Part shown: in pieces, positions 9,449-18,611 of the stretch | Layout: each line of letters opens with the position of its first letter | How positions within the stretch are numbered: the first letter of the stretch is position 1 | The notes under the pieces: model-generated | The model's input: only the letters and a program-made list of their open reading frames with translations | Databases searched by the model: none | What the model was told of the DNA's origin: nothing | Translations under genes and position numbers: made by a program | Origin: a virus | Strand: one strand, 5' to 3' | DNA length: 64,000 bases | Virus record (IMG/VR): IMGVR_UViG_3300032173_000003 | Span: 1 to 64,000 of that record

Positions 9449-10013
9449 TGGGTTTAGGGAATGAAGTGTTAGCCTTCAACATATTGCAAAAGATTTGACC
9501 TTGTTCGATTGCGTCATCTAAGGCAACGTGAGTGTGCTTGTTATTAAGGGGGAACCAAGAGCGGGGATAGGCCCGTTTAGTTGACTTCCTGTAGCCTTTC
9601 TTTAGGAGAGCCATTGCATAGGTTTTGCCGTCAATAGCAGAGAAGCTAAATGGGCTTTCGCCAGCGAAGTAAATCATGTACCAGTACATGAACATGAAGT
9701 CATATCCGGCAGGGAATGCCACAAATACGGGCTTTCCTGGTAGTTGCTTTACCCACTCCACATAGTTCCTCATTGCCTCGGCAGGATCTTGGAGATTGCG
9801 GCGGCAGGCTTCCCAGGCCACAGGCTGTGTGAGCCACCACTCTGCGGTGTTGGGGTCGGGTTTTGCCCCTGGCAAAGTATCCAGGTTGGCAGTGAATGTG
9901 CCCAAAAGTTCGCCCTCAGCAGTAAAAGCAGCTGAGCCAAACGACAACATACTGTTGGGACCGGGGATGGGCCCATCAGATTCGATGTCGGTACTAACGT
10001 AAATTTCTACCAT
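9432..10013 (-). CDS. DEDDh 3'-5' exoribonuclease (Rv2179c-like)
   Basis: [31 protein letters not shown]. Confidence 0.85.
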   Translation of the reverse strand: MVEIYVSTDIESDGPIPGPNSMLSFGSAAFTAEGELLGTFTANLDTLPGAKPDPNTAEWWLTQPVAWEACRRNLQDPAEAMRNYVEWVKQLPGKPVFVAFPAGYDFMFMYWYMIYFAGESPFSFSAIDGKTYAMALLKKGYRKSTKRAYPRSWFPLNNKHTHVALDDAIEQGQIFCNMLKANTSFPKPNVLPT

Positions 10014-10163
10014 TGTTCGCAGATTCGGATGCTTACGATTTTTGTGTTTGGGAAGAGTTCTAGGGTGGTTTGAATAGCGGAGTTTTTACTTACGGAGACG
10101 GTTCTAACATCGTCGTAGGAAGAGTTGCTGTATTTTATGGTTACTTCGTAAGTGAGTGGTTTG

Positions 10164-10895
10164 TTAATTTTCACAGTATCTTACAGAGGGGTAAGCACTT
10201 TGTACAAGGATGTTGTCACAATTGGTAAGGACCGTGCCGCCAGGTGGAGTGATTAGTTTGAGTAAATACTTGAGTAAGTCATTAAGGTGGGGGGCAGAAT
10301 AGAAGAACCTGGCAGCAGAGCCGGAGTCGCCAGGGTAGATGGGGCCTTGCGGCTGGTAGTTCCCTTGCCCAGGTCGAAACTTGCTTTCAGGTTTCACTTT
10401 GCTCGGTGAACTGCATGACTTGCTATCGGGAAACAACGTCAGCACCTCGTCGCTGCCGTCGTGGATCAGGTTGGCGGGCCAGCGGCCTTCAGCAGGCACA
10501 AACGCCCCGCCACCAGTGCCAGTGCCAAACATTGAACAACCGCCGTCAGTGTTGCGATTGCGAGTTTCGTAGCGGCCAGCCACCCTGCACCCATCCACAT
10601 TCAGCGCCCCTGTGCCGTGCTCCAGCACGTTCGCTGCCACGGTACCCTCCAACGGCTTCCTTGCCACCGTAACCATCAGCATTTCCGGGGTTTGACCACC
10701 GGAGTCAAACACCCAGACTACAGTATCTCTAATCTCCATCCCAGCATCTTCGATACCGATGGTGTTGCTATGGTGTGTTGCAATGGGGCTAAGGGCCAAT
10801 AGGTGAGCCCCAGGTTTAAGCTTTCCGATCACCCTTTCAAAATCACCCTCCATATCACCCGCAGCAAGGTCAAAGAACGCACTATCTGCTTTCAC
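10164..10895 (-). CDS. beta-class N4/N6 DNA methyltransferase-like protein lacking catalytic motifs
   Basis: LKPGAHLL, RKPLEGTVAANVLEHGTGALNVDGCRV, RWPANLIHDGS, SAARFFY, LITPPGGTVL; no DPPY and no FxGxG. Confidence 0.75.
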   Translation of the reverse strand: MKADSAFFDLAAGDMEGDFERVIGKLKPGAHLLALSPIATHHSNTIGIEDAGMEIRDTVVWVFDSGGQTPEMLMVTVARKPLEGTVAANVLEHGTGALNVDGCRVAGRYETRNRNTDGGCSMFGTGTGGGAFVPAEGRWPANLIHDGSDEVLTLFPDSKSCSSPSKVKPESKFRPGQGNYQPQGPIYPGDSGSAARFFYSAPHLNDLLKYLLKLITPPGGTVLTNCDNILVQSAYPSVRYCEN

Positions 10896-12169
10896 GGTTG
10901 TGCCTCACTTTTAGGGAAAAGGGAATTAAGTCGGCAAGAAGCAATGTCAAAGTATTCTTCACCCATGTCAATGCCGATGAAGTTGTAGCCCATATTCAAA
11001 GCGGCAATGCCAGTTGTTCCGCTCCCCGTGAATGGGTCAAGGATAGTGCCTCCTACCGGCGTGGCAAGCTGGCACAATTGCTTCATTAGCTTCAAAGGTT
11101 TGACTGTGGGGTGAGTGTTGGTTATGTCGAGGGGTAGACCTAGGTTACGTTCTTTTTTAGGTGCTTTAGCGCAGTAGTACAGGCGCTTGGGCTCACTATG
11201 GAGCTTAAACTCACCGGGCAATTTGGTGAAAATGGAGATGGGCTCATTACTGGGTTTTAAGGCCGTGCCGATACCTTGGAATCTATTTGCCTGCTCTGGG
11301 TCAATCTTTTGGATAGCTTTTTCTACATTGTGGGACTTCGGAAATCCACTATTACCCGTGACGAAAACTTTACCATTGCGCCTTGCAACGAAAGCCCCTG
11401 TGCTTACTGTTGGGCACCAGAAGAACCCACTATACTCTATCGTGGTAACTGTCGCTTCTGAGATCGTGTAAGAGCCTCCGTCAACATCCTTCAAGACCGG
11501 CACATTGGCAATGGGTGGTAGTTCCTCAGCCACTTTAAACTCCAAACCCCCGCCTTGACTAATCAAGCAACGGTGCCCTTTGCTAACTATCTGATCCGTT
11601 GCCTCAGATTTGATACTATAGGCAACATCGTTATGGACTAAATACGAGTACCACTTCTCTGGTAACTCCCACCTATACTCACCCGTCACAATGTCGTAGA
11701 TGAGAATTTCTCTACCACCTGGGTTATCCCTCCAGTTGAACCAGCCATCTTTGGTTAGAACTTAAGAGTCCTCGCTTAGGCATCCATACGTCCAGAGCAC
11801 AATATCCTGAAGCTCAAATCCAGCCCCAAGAATGTTAGCAACCATACGGTGCTGAGTCCTTGTCCCTGCAAACGACAGCAGATTCCCCCCAGGCTTCAAC
11901 ACCCGCAGACACTCTGCCCAAATATCCACTGTAGGCACACCAGAGTCCCATTTCTGACCCATGAACCCACCCGTTCCGTTCCCTGTGCTTATGCGGGCAC
12001 GGCCATGGGGGCTGTTAAGATTTACGGACTTTACCCCAGTACCTCCCTTCTTATTCTGGGTCAGACCGTAAGGGGGATCCGTAACAACGGAATCAATGGA
12101 GTTGTCAGGAAAGTCCCTGAGAACGTCAAGACAGTTCCCAAGCAATAGCTGATGGTTTGGCATCTTCAC
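10892..12169 (-). pseudogene. beta-class N4/N6 DNA methyltransferase with mini-intein, interrupted by one in-frame TAA
   Basis: TDPPY in the N-part; HPTVKP and DPFTGSGTT in the C-part; one continuous frame with a single TAA at 11762..11764. Confidence 0.8.
11351..11782 (-). mobile_element. mini-intein (144 codons, no endonuclease)
   Basis: WTYG|CLSEDS*VLTKDGW...SKGHR...FWCPTVSTGAFVARRNGKVFVTGN|SGFPK; removal restores WTYG-SGFPKS. Confidence 0.85.
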
Positions 12170-12486
12170 GGAAGAATAAGGTTGCTTTTTGGCTCTTCGT
12201 CCCTGAGACGAATGATTTCTTTGACAGTCAAATCTCCCGTCTCTTCATACCTGCGGAACGACAGGGCGTAGTTATCAAGCTCAGCATTGATTGCCATAAC
12301 ATATAGCCCGATGGCCCTCTGAACGAGAATGCTCTCAGTGGCACCCTCCCGTTCGGCCAGTTTCTGCAAAGCAGCGGCAAATGTTTCAGGAACTTCAAGC
12401 TCTAATACTTGGTTTTGGTTTTGTTCTTCGGTGGACATAATTTCTATTGTGACTGCGATTGCAGCGAGTTGTGAATTCATCAGTAA

Positions 12487-12647
12487 GTGGAACCAAGTTT
12501 TGATAATTTTGTCGGAAACGGGAAGAAAACTTTCTCCCCCTTACCACACTGTCAAAACTTTTGAAAAATTTTTCTGAAGTTGTCAAGCAACCTATGGAAG
12601 TTTTTTCTTAGCGAATTTTGGGCAAAATTATCAAAACTTGGTTCCAC
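12487..12647. repeat. 161-bp element with perfect 25-bp terminal inverted repeats (copy 1)
   Basis: GTGGAACCAAGTTTTGATAATTTTG ... CAAAATTATCAAAACTTGGTTCCAC. Confidence 0.9.
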
Positions 12648-12658
12648 CCGCTAGCCTC

Positions 12659-12686
12659 ATTATAGCAAGCGGGGGCAAGGTGTCAA
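12659..12686 (-). promoter_or_regulatory. sigma70-like early promoter (representative of more than 25 copies)
   Basis: TTGACA-16-TATAAT with extended TGn; similar sites near 8406, 15547, 18587, 21888, 33050, 34064, 37402, 39484, 41867, 54167 and others. Confidence 0.75.
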
Positions 12687-12932
12687 CTTCAGGCAGTAAC
12701 CTGCCCCACCGGCTTCCACCGAGTGATGGCCGGTCCAGTGAATACCGTTACAGGTTCTCGTAGGGCCTTAGCCATTGCAGCAGCTTCCGTAAAAGCTTCT
12801 TCGCGTGTAAAAGGGCCATCAGGAGCCGAAGACTCCGAAACGGCCCAGAATGGAAAAGTGTCAGGGGTCATTGGTGTTGTTGCGTCAACTTACCAATGGT
12901 ATCACACTTTTCTTAGATATGCAAAGGGGAGG

Positions 12933-13628
12933 TCAGTCCCCCGAGGCAAAGAATTGGGACGCATTGGCCCGAACATCTTCAAAGGTGTAGGTCTTGGTGA
13001 TTTCACCATTCTCAAACACTTTTTCCAAGGCGATGGGGTCATTCGACTCATTTTCCAGCGCTGTGTAATAGCCTTGGTCACCCTTAAACAGAGTAACTAA
13101 GCCCTTTTTCGATTCCTTACCGGAGTCAGTAATGGGTTGCTTGAAGACATCTCTCCATTCCCCGTTTACACGGGCAGCAGAGCACTTCATTGCAAACTTC
13201 ATGGTATCCCTATCAACCTGTTGAAGCAATCCGCCCCCTTGCCCGAAAGCAACGTTGTCAGCAGAGAAGCCAGCAGTGGTTATTCTGTAAAGAATCCGTG
13301 CAATCACTTCCTGCGTGATGCCGTCCCCTTGGATGACACGAACGTGGTTAAGGACTTTGAAGCCTTTGGAGTTAGTAGTGGAGCCAAAGTGTCGGTCTAG
13401 GACTTCAAGGCACTTGAGAACGACACTAACGGGGTCACCACTATCCGGGCGAAGAACCACGAACTTCCCCCCACTAGTCTTTTCAATAATTTCCTCCTTA
13501 ATACTTCCCATCAACTCCGCAAAGTTAAAAATGTCGTAAGCATCTCCAACTATAGAGACAAGGGGATGTGTATCCAGGAACTTTAGCATCTGACGAATGT
13601 ACGTCAGTTCATTTTTAGTGTCATTCAT
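12933..13628 (-). CDS. nadV: nicotinamide phosphoribosyltransferase, C-terminal half
   Basis: VSIVGDAYD, LRPDSGDP, VIQGDG, AFGQGGGLLQ, RDTMKFAMKCS, K.P.TDSGK.SKKG; ATG overlaps the upstream stop (ATGAATGA). Confidence 0.85.
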   Translation of the reverse strand: MNDTKNELTYIRQMLKFLDTHPLVSIVGDAYDIFNFAELMGSIKEEIIEKTSGGKFVVLRPDSGDPVSVVLKCLEVLDRHFGSTTNSKGFKVLNHVRVIQGDGITQEVIARILYRITTAGFSADNVAFGQGGGLLQQVDRDTMKFAMKCSAARVNGEWRDVFKQPITDSGKESKKGLVTLFKGDQGYYTALENESNDPIALEKVFENGEITKTYTFEDVRANASQFFASGD

Positions 13629-14418
13629 TTTGATTAATCCAATCAATAAGAGTAAATGAGCAGTCACGGGGGAGGTTTATTGTGGGAATTGAGGCATAAG
13701 AGCAAGCTATGCTATGTTCACTAGCCGGAATGGAGAAACCTGCGATGTTTTCACCATAAAACTTCCTGGCATAAAGCAACGCAGTTACAGTATCTGTGCC
13801 CTTGAAATTAACTAGGTGAGCCAATCCGCCAATACCGGCACTCTCCAAAGACGAAACACCTCTGGCCCCAAAATCATGAAGCTTGAAGTCAATGAGGCCA
13901 GGGTCCCCGGTCTTGTTCAAATAATCAAGAATAATGCTCTTGCTTTCAAAAGAGTTGGTGGCTACTGTAGTCGGATACCACACAGCCCTCAGCAAAGCAG
14001 TCTCCAAGAAACTTGTCAGCCAGTAGCAGGCGGGGTCGGTGTTTTCAATGGTGAGCAAAACATTTTTAACAGGGATGATGCTACCTTCGGGAGCAGACAT
14101 GATTTTCACAGGCAATTTGCCCCCGTGCTCCCTAAGAATGTACTCCCAACCTTCCCTGTAAAAGGGTTCCCCGTGAGCAAGGATCAAAGATTCTGCATAG
14201 TCGATTTCTTCCTTAGTGATGGGACGGGCGAGCTTAGGCAGGAACATTTGGAGTCCGAACCATTCAACCAAAGCCCACTTACCGCCACGACTCTCGATGT
14301 AGGAGCGGATAATTTCTGTCCCCTCGGGATATTGAACCCATTGCGAATACTTGTACGAATCACTATTCAAGATGATCGAATCATCGATAAAGTTGTTGTT
14401 GCTGAATGTGTTAGTCAT
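13621..14418 (-). CDS. nadV: nicotinamide phosphoribosyltransferase, N-terminal half
   Basis: DSYKYSQ, YIESRG, WYPTTVAT, LHDFGARG, GTDT, SIPASEHS. Confidence 0.9.
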   Translation of the reverse strand: MTNTFSNNNFIDDSIILNSDSYKYSQWVQYPEGTEIIRSYIESRGGKWALVEWFGLQMFLPKLARPITKEEIDYAESLILAHGEPFYREGWEYILREHGGKLPVKIMSAPEGSIIPVKNVLLTIENTDPACYWLTSFLETALLRAVWYPTTVATNSFESKSIILDYLNKTGDPGLIDFKLHDFGARGVSSLESAGIGGLAHLVNFKGTDTVTALLYARKFYGENIAGFSIPASEHSIACSYASIPTINLPRDCSFTLIDWINQNE

Positions 14419-14446
14419 TTTTAAATCCTAAAAATGTTAGTAAGGG

Positions 14447-14465
14447 CCCTAAGTCTTTCTCAGGG
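14447..14465 (-). promoter_or_regulatory. leader hairpin with G-AAAGA-C loop upstream of nadV
   Basis: CCCTGAG AAAGA CTTAGGG; matches the hairpin upstream of nadM. Confidence 0.5.
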
Positions 14466-14469
14466 TGTA

Positions 14470-15498
14470 TCAGAGTGTGGTTCCAGTCAAGTTACCGATA
14501 ATTTCCCAGTGGTCTTCAAAGCATTCCTCTGACTTGATTTTGCACAGAGGTACCCATTGGGCCTTTTCAGCATCGGAACCGCCCTTGACTTTGGGTAGTT
14601 CCCCATCGGGCAAGTGAATGTAGAAAGCGTGGGTAATGGTTCTCCCACGGGAGCTGCGATTGATCGCATCATAAACCTTGTTGGCTTTAATGTTCCCTTT
14701 CAGAACCGGGGTGGGAACCTTCAGGCCGGTTTCTTCCCTCAGCTCCCTCAACATGGCGGACTCCACTGAAGGGTCACTGCCAGCGTCCAGGAAGCCCCCA
14801 GGGATGGCCCATAGACCTCGGCCAGGCTCAGCACGGCGCTTCACCATAAGAACGTGGCCGCTCTGAACAACCACGGCGTCCACCGTGACGAACACAGGCG
14901 GATACGCAAGGTGCTCAAACTGCCTCTTATAGGTCTCTACGAACACCCGCTCCCTAATAACTTGTTGGAACTCTTCCGTAAAGGAGAACCCGATCAGCCA
15001 ATCCAACGTGGAAGGTGGAACCACAGACTTCAGGAAGTTGGAATTGAAATCGCTGCGGAAATACAAGTCCCTGATCTTTGTTGCCGAAAGTTCCTCAACT
15101 AGGGCAACTTCTTCCAAGCTCCACTGGGGGAACATATCAAGGTAGAAGGAAGTTTCATCTTTCTTGTGACCGATGATTGCTACTTTAGCATCAGCGTCGG
15201 TAACATTGTTAGCAACAATATCCTGAACTCTTGCCGCCCAAGCATTATCATTGTAGATTGTGTCTTTGGTTGGTACAATGACTAACTCAGCATCAATTTC
15301 ACTTTCCAGTTGCTGAATCAGTTGTTGCCTCTCTATGAAAGAGAAAGGGTTTTTATAAGTTCTTGGTTGGTCAGCAGAACCGACTATCACAATGACCCGG
15401 TCACTGAGTTCTGCCGCCTTTTTCAAAATTTGAACGTGTGCGTTGTGAACTGGCTGAAATCGCCCGATGAACACAACTGCATTGTACTTCTTGGTCAT
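14470..15498 (-). CDS. nadM: bifunctional NMN adenylyltransferase / NUDIX ADP-ribose pyrophosphatase
   Basis: FIGRFQPVHNAH, KNPF, SATKIR; NUDIX box PGGFLD...ESAMLRELREETG. Confidence 0.93.
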   Translation of the reverse strand: MTKKYNAVVFIGRFQPVHNAHVQILKKAAELSDRVIVIVGSADQPRTYKNPFSFIERQQLIQQLESEIDAELVIVPTKDTIYNDNAWAARVQDIVANNVTDADAKVAIIGHKKDETSFYLDMFPQWSLEEVALVEELSATKIRDLYFRSDFNSNFLKSVVPPSTLDWLIGFSFTEEFQQVIRERVFVETYKRQFEHLAYPPVFVTVDAVVVQSGHVLMVKRRAEPGRGLWAIPGGFLDAGSDPSVESAMLRELREETGLKVPTPVLKGNIKANKVYDAINRSSRGRTITHAFYIHLPDGELPKVKGGSDAEKAQWVPLCKIKSEECFEDHWEIIGNLTGTTL

Positions 15499-15523
15499 TG
15501 TAAACTCCTTACAATTAGTGAAT

Positions 15524-15540
15524 AAGACGTCTGTCGTCTC
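15524..15540 (-). promoter_or_regulatory. leader hairpin with G-ACAGA-C loop upstream of nadM
   Basis: GAGACG ACAGA CGTCTT directly after a TATACT -10 box. Confidence 0.5.
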
Positions 15541-15584
15541 GTTGTTAGTATAGCACGGAAGACTCCGGGGTAAATGCCCAGGGC

Positions 15585-16007
15585 CTAGCCGTTTTCCTGG
15601 GACCTACGTTCCCTCTGCATCTTTTCTACTCTTTTCAAAATAAGATACCCAAGTAAATCCCACTCAGGGTCTTCATCTTCGTTGTCTTTACGGTTAGCAA
15701 TGCGATTGAGTTTATCATCGATTCTAACGTTTAGTTGTTCAGCAGTATCTGCTCGGCTAAAGATACGTGCAGGGTGCAAAGCTGCATCCCCGTACTTAAA
15801 GTTTTTCTCCAGCAAAAGCTCTTTAACCTCGTCACAAACTGCGGCAATATCGAGTTGCGATTGGTGCTGACTTGTTGAACTATTTCCCATACTTCTTAAG
15901 AGATTTTTCTGTAATTGTGCGGTAATAAGATTGATACCTTGCAAATCTTCCCACTGATGGAGTGACGCCCAAACTCCAGCAACACTCACAGTACGATAAA
16001 AACTCAT
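15585..16007 (-). CDS. DUF1599-like nucleotide-modification-associated protein
   Basis: LLEKNFKYGD, RIDDKLNRI, DLLGYLIL; true start possibly 15890. Confidence 0.7.
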   Translation of the reverse strand: MSFYRTVSVAGVWASLHQWEDLQGINLITAQLQKNLLRSMGNSSTSQHQSQLDIAAVCDEVKELLLEKNFKYGDAALHPARIFSRADTAEQLNVRIDDKLNRIANRKDNEDEDPEWDLLGYLILKRVEKMQRERRSQENG

Positions 16008-16037
16008 ACCAAGGTGTCGTAGGGTCGAGAGCAGGCA

Positions 16038-16235
16038 TTAAAGCTTTCCTCCTACTGACCCTTCGTAATTGGAGTCAGACTGTGTGAAGCCTTCTTGTAG
16101 ACCCTTCAGGTAGAATCGGGTGGCTTCAATGCACCCTTCTTCAGTGAACGAGATGACTAATTTTTCACCTTTATCGTTGACCGAGTGCCATGTGCCCCAC
16201 CTGGACTTTTCTGTTTTGAAGCAATCGTCAATCAT
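16038..16235 (-). CDS. cyanophage hypothetical protein
   Basis: C-terminal YEGSVGGKL motif recalled from cyanophage small ORFs. Confidence 0.65.
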   Translation of the reverse strand: MIDDCFKTEKSRWGTWHSVNDKGEKLVISFTEEGCIEATRFYLKGLQEGFTQSDSNYEGSVGGKL

Positions 16236-16394
16236 CGGTTTCTACCATATTTGTAATGGGGCGGCAGTCTCCTTTCCCTGCCAAAGACTTGACAAACAGT
16301 TCGGTGAATCTTGCCTGGTGTTCTGGTGCCACGGACTGAGGGTACCCGTCAATAGCACCCTTCAGTGCTACCAGTTCTTCCCACTCTGTTGCGT

Positions 16395-16604
16395 TCATCG
16401 GAGGCACTCCACTATTTTGCCCACACAGAGAGCTTTCTCCATGGCATAGTACATCCCTACGGGCGGGAGGACGATAGAAGCAAATTTAGGAAACCCTATC
16501 GGAGCAACCACCATCCCCGCAAACCACCATAGCAGAACAGCCATTGAGAACAGATGTGAGACACCGGTATCAATCCGTATAGTTTTGTTTTCTTGGGGTT
16601 CCAT
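16395..16604 (-). CDS. small membrane protein
   Basis: Two hydrophobic segments. Confidence 0.55.
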   Translation of the reverse strand: MEPQENKTIRIDTGVSHLFSMAVLLWWFAGMVVAPIGFPKFASIVLPPVGMYYAMEKALCVGKIVECLR

Positions 16605-16686
16605 GGAGATGGGGAGCTTTCGTAGCTATTTTAGGGGGGACGGGCAAAAAGTAAACCCCTCCAGTTGCTTGGAGAGGTTCATAGAG

Positions 16687-17055
16687 TCAGAACTTAAGGT
16701 AAAGACCGGTTGTGGTTTCAAACAAGGGGCGCAGTTGATCGGCATAGATGCCTGCGAACTCTTGCACCTTGGGGCAAGTGAGTTTCTTAGGGGAGAACTT
16801 AAAGAATTCCACACTGTAGAGGTCAGAACCTTTGCAATAGGTGACTCGGCACTTGTTGGCTTTGCGAAAGCCCTTAAAGTCAAAGGTGATGGCTTCGTCG
16901 TCGCAAACAACGGCTTTGGTACCTAGCATCATGCGGAGGGCGCCGATGCCGCCAATTTGGTCAATGATGGTTTCAGCGCAAGCGGTGATGGCCATGTTCT
17001 GCGGGGAGCGATTGACTGACTTACATATTATAGCAGATTTGAAGGGGGTGCGCAA
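16687..17055 (-). CDS. hypothetical early phage protein
   Basis: IIDQIGG...DLYSVEF...LFETTTGLY; true start probably MAITAC, just after the promoter at about 17027. Confidence 0.7.
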   Translation of the reverse strand: MRTPFKSAIICKSVNRSPQNMAITACAETIIDQIGGIGALRMMLGTKAVVCDDEAITFDFKGFRKANKCRVTYCKGSDLYSVEFFKFSPKKLTCPKVQEFAGIYADQLRPLFETTTGLYLKF

Positions 17056-18611
17056 CCCTCGGTCTCAGCGCTTCCGGTAGCGGAACTTGACGCTGGTGAC
17101 AGGCCCGCAAGTCTCGCTCCGATGCGCCATTGCCTTAACCCAGGATTCTACAATGTCGGGGCTAATGACGGGTAGAGGTTCCCCTGCAGGAACCAAGGTG
17201 GGCCGGGGATTGCTGCACTTGACCTTGGCACCGTTTGCAAAGGTAACCTCTACGAACCGGGTGTAGGGCAGGTAGTTGGTAGTGTTGGTCATTTGCTCAG
17301 GGATAGCAACAGGGTTATTGTAGCACGATTGGACAGGAACTGCCAGTTCCGAATCAGACCACCTGGCTGTAGGCCCCGGTCTCATAACGAATGACAGTAT
17401 AGAACCGCTTGCCACGGGGGCGCTTCAGGGTCAGAGCTGCCCGACCAGGGAACACGGGGATCTCCTTTGCTGCGAGCACAAGGTAGGTAACGTTGTCCAG
17501 AGTCAGAGTGGCGTCGGTCATGTGCTCGTGGTGGTTGACTTATATAGTATAACAGGTTTAGGCGGGTGATGCAACTCCCGGCAGTTAGAACAAAGGGAGC
17601 TGGATAAACCGGGGGTCAGGATTAGGAATGATACCGTGTCCCAGAGCCCCTTCCCGTTCCATGTCAGTTACCGCATCTTCCACGGCAGCAATGTTCCCAA
17701 TGCCGACCTTACCAAACAGGAAGTTTACGAATTGCTGGTCAGTCAGGGCGCCGATTTCTTTGGGGTCCATGGTTCAAGGGGAGTAACAACAAACTAATTA
17801 TACTACGTTGGCCAAAATCAATCAGAGGTGACCAAGACGCTCACCGTCCTCAAAGACGTTGATTCGGGCGGTTTTACCGAAGATGGTCACTTTGTAGATC
17901 CAACCGTCTTCATCCATAGAGGTCAGTTCCGCTGCTAGCTTTACAGCTTCTTCAATGGTGAACTTGGTGGGGGGCTGAAGGTCGAGGCGAATCATGGTTT
18001 CAGTGCCGACTATCTTAATATTGTACCACACTCACGGGTAACAGCAAGGCTGGTAGGTGAAACGGGTGGAGGCTCGGCTGCAACCTGTGATGGCTAGAAC
18101 TTCGTCAGCCAACTGCTCGGGAACCGGATAAAAACCTCCAGTGCAGGCAGTGTTCCAGCTATACCAGCCACGGATTTTACCTGTGGTGCGAAACATCGTC
18201 TCCCGTGCCCTGTGTGAGGAGCACTTGATCAGGATGGTGGAAGGGGGCAGACTCACGGGTTTTTCCGGTGTTCGTCCCCCTCGGTTTAATCAGTTGGACT
18301 TAAGCAGGCGACCGGGGAGAGCCCCTTTGGCGAAGCGCTTACCGTCAACATAGAAGAGCCTGTAGAGACGTCCGGGGCGAACTGCCGGGGTAACGGTGCA
18401 GTCAACGGTGGCACCATTGATGCGAACCGTGTAGGTTGTCTTCTGGTTGGTCCCCAGAGCAGTCTCAACGGTTTCGTTCTCAATGGTATCGAGGCGTGTA
18501 GCCAGAGTTTCGGGCTTGCGAATGGTCAGAGGGGGGAGAGCCATTGTCTTTGTTGTGGTGGGCAGCCTTGCCGCCCTTGTCCCTATATTGTAACCCCTTG
18601 TTCCCAGACTG

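Noticed and set aside
11762-11764. Genome-wide stop-codon recoding to explain in-frame stops
   Set aside because: TAA, TAG and TGA all end well-conserved genes here, no suppressor tRNA was found, and the other internal stops sit in a gene that is also frameshifted
12487-12647. MITE or IS element
   Set aside because: The interiors of the two copies are not similar in sequence, no target-site duplication is evident, and no transposase is in the window
13621-13705. Split intein at the Nampt break
   Set aside because: The Cys lies in the native EHSxxC motif, and the second ORF has no intein C-terminal (H/G)N-S/C/T signature
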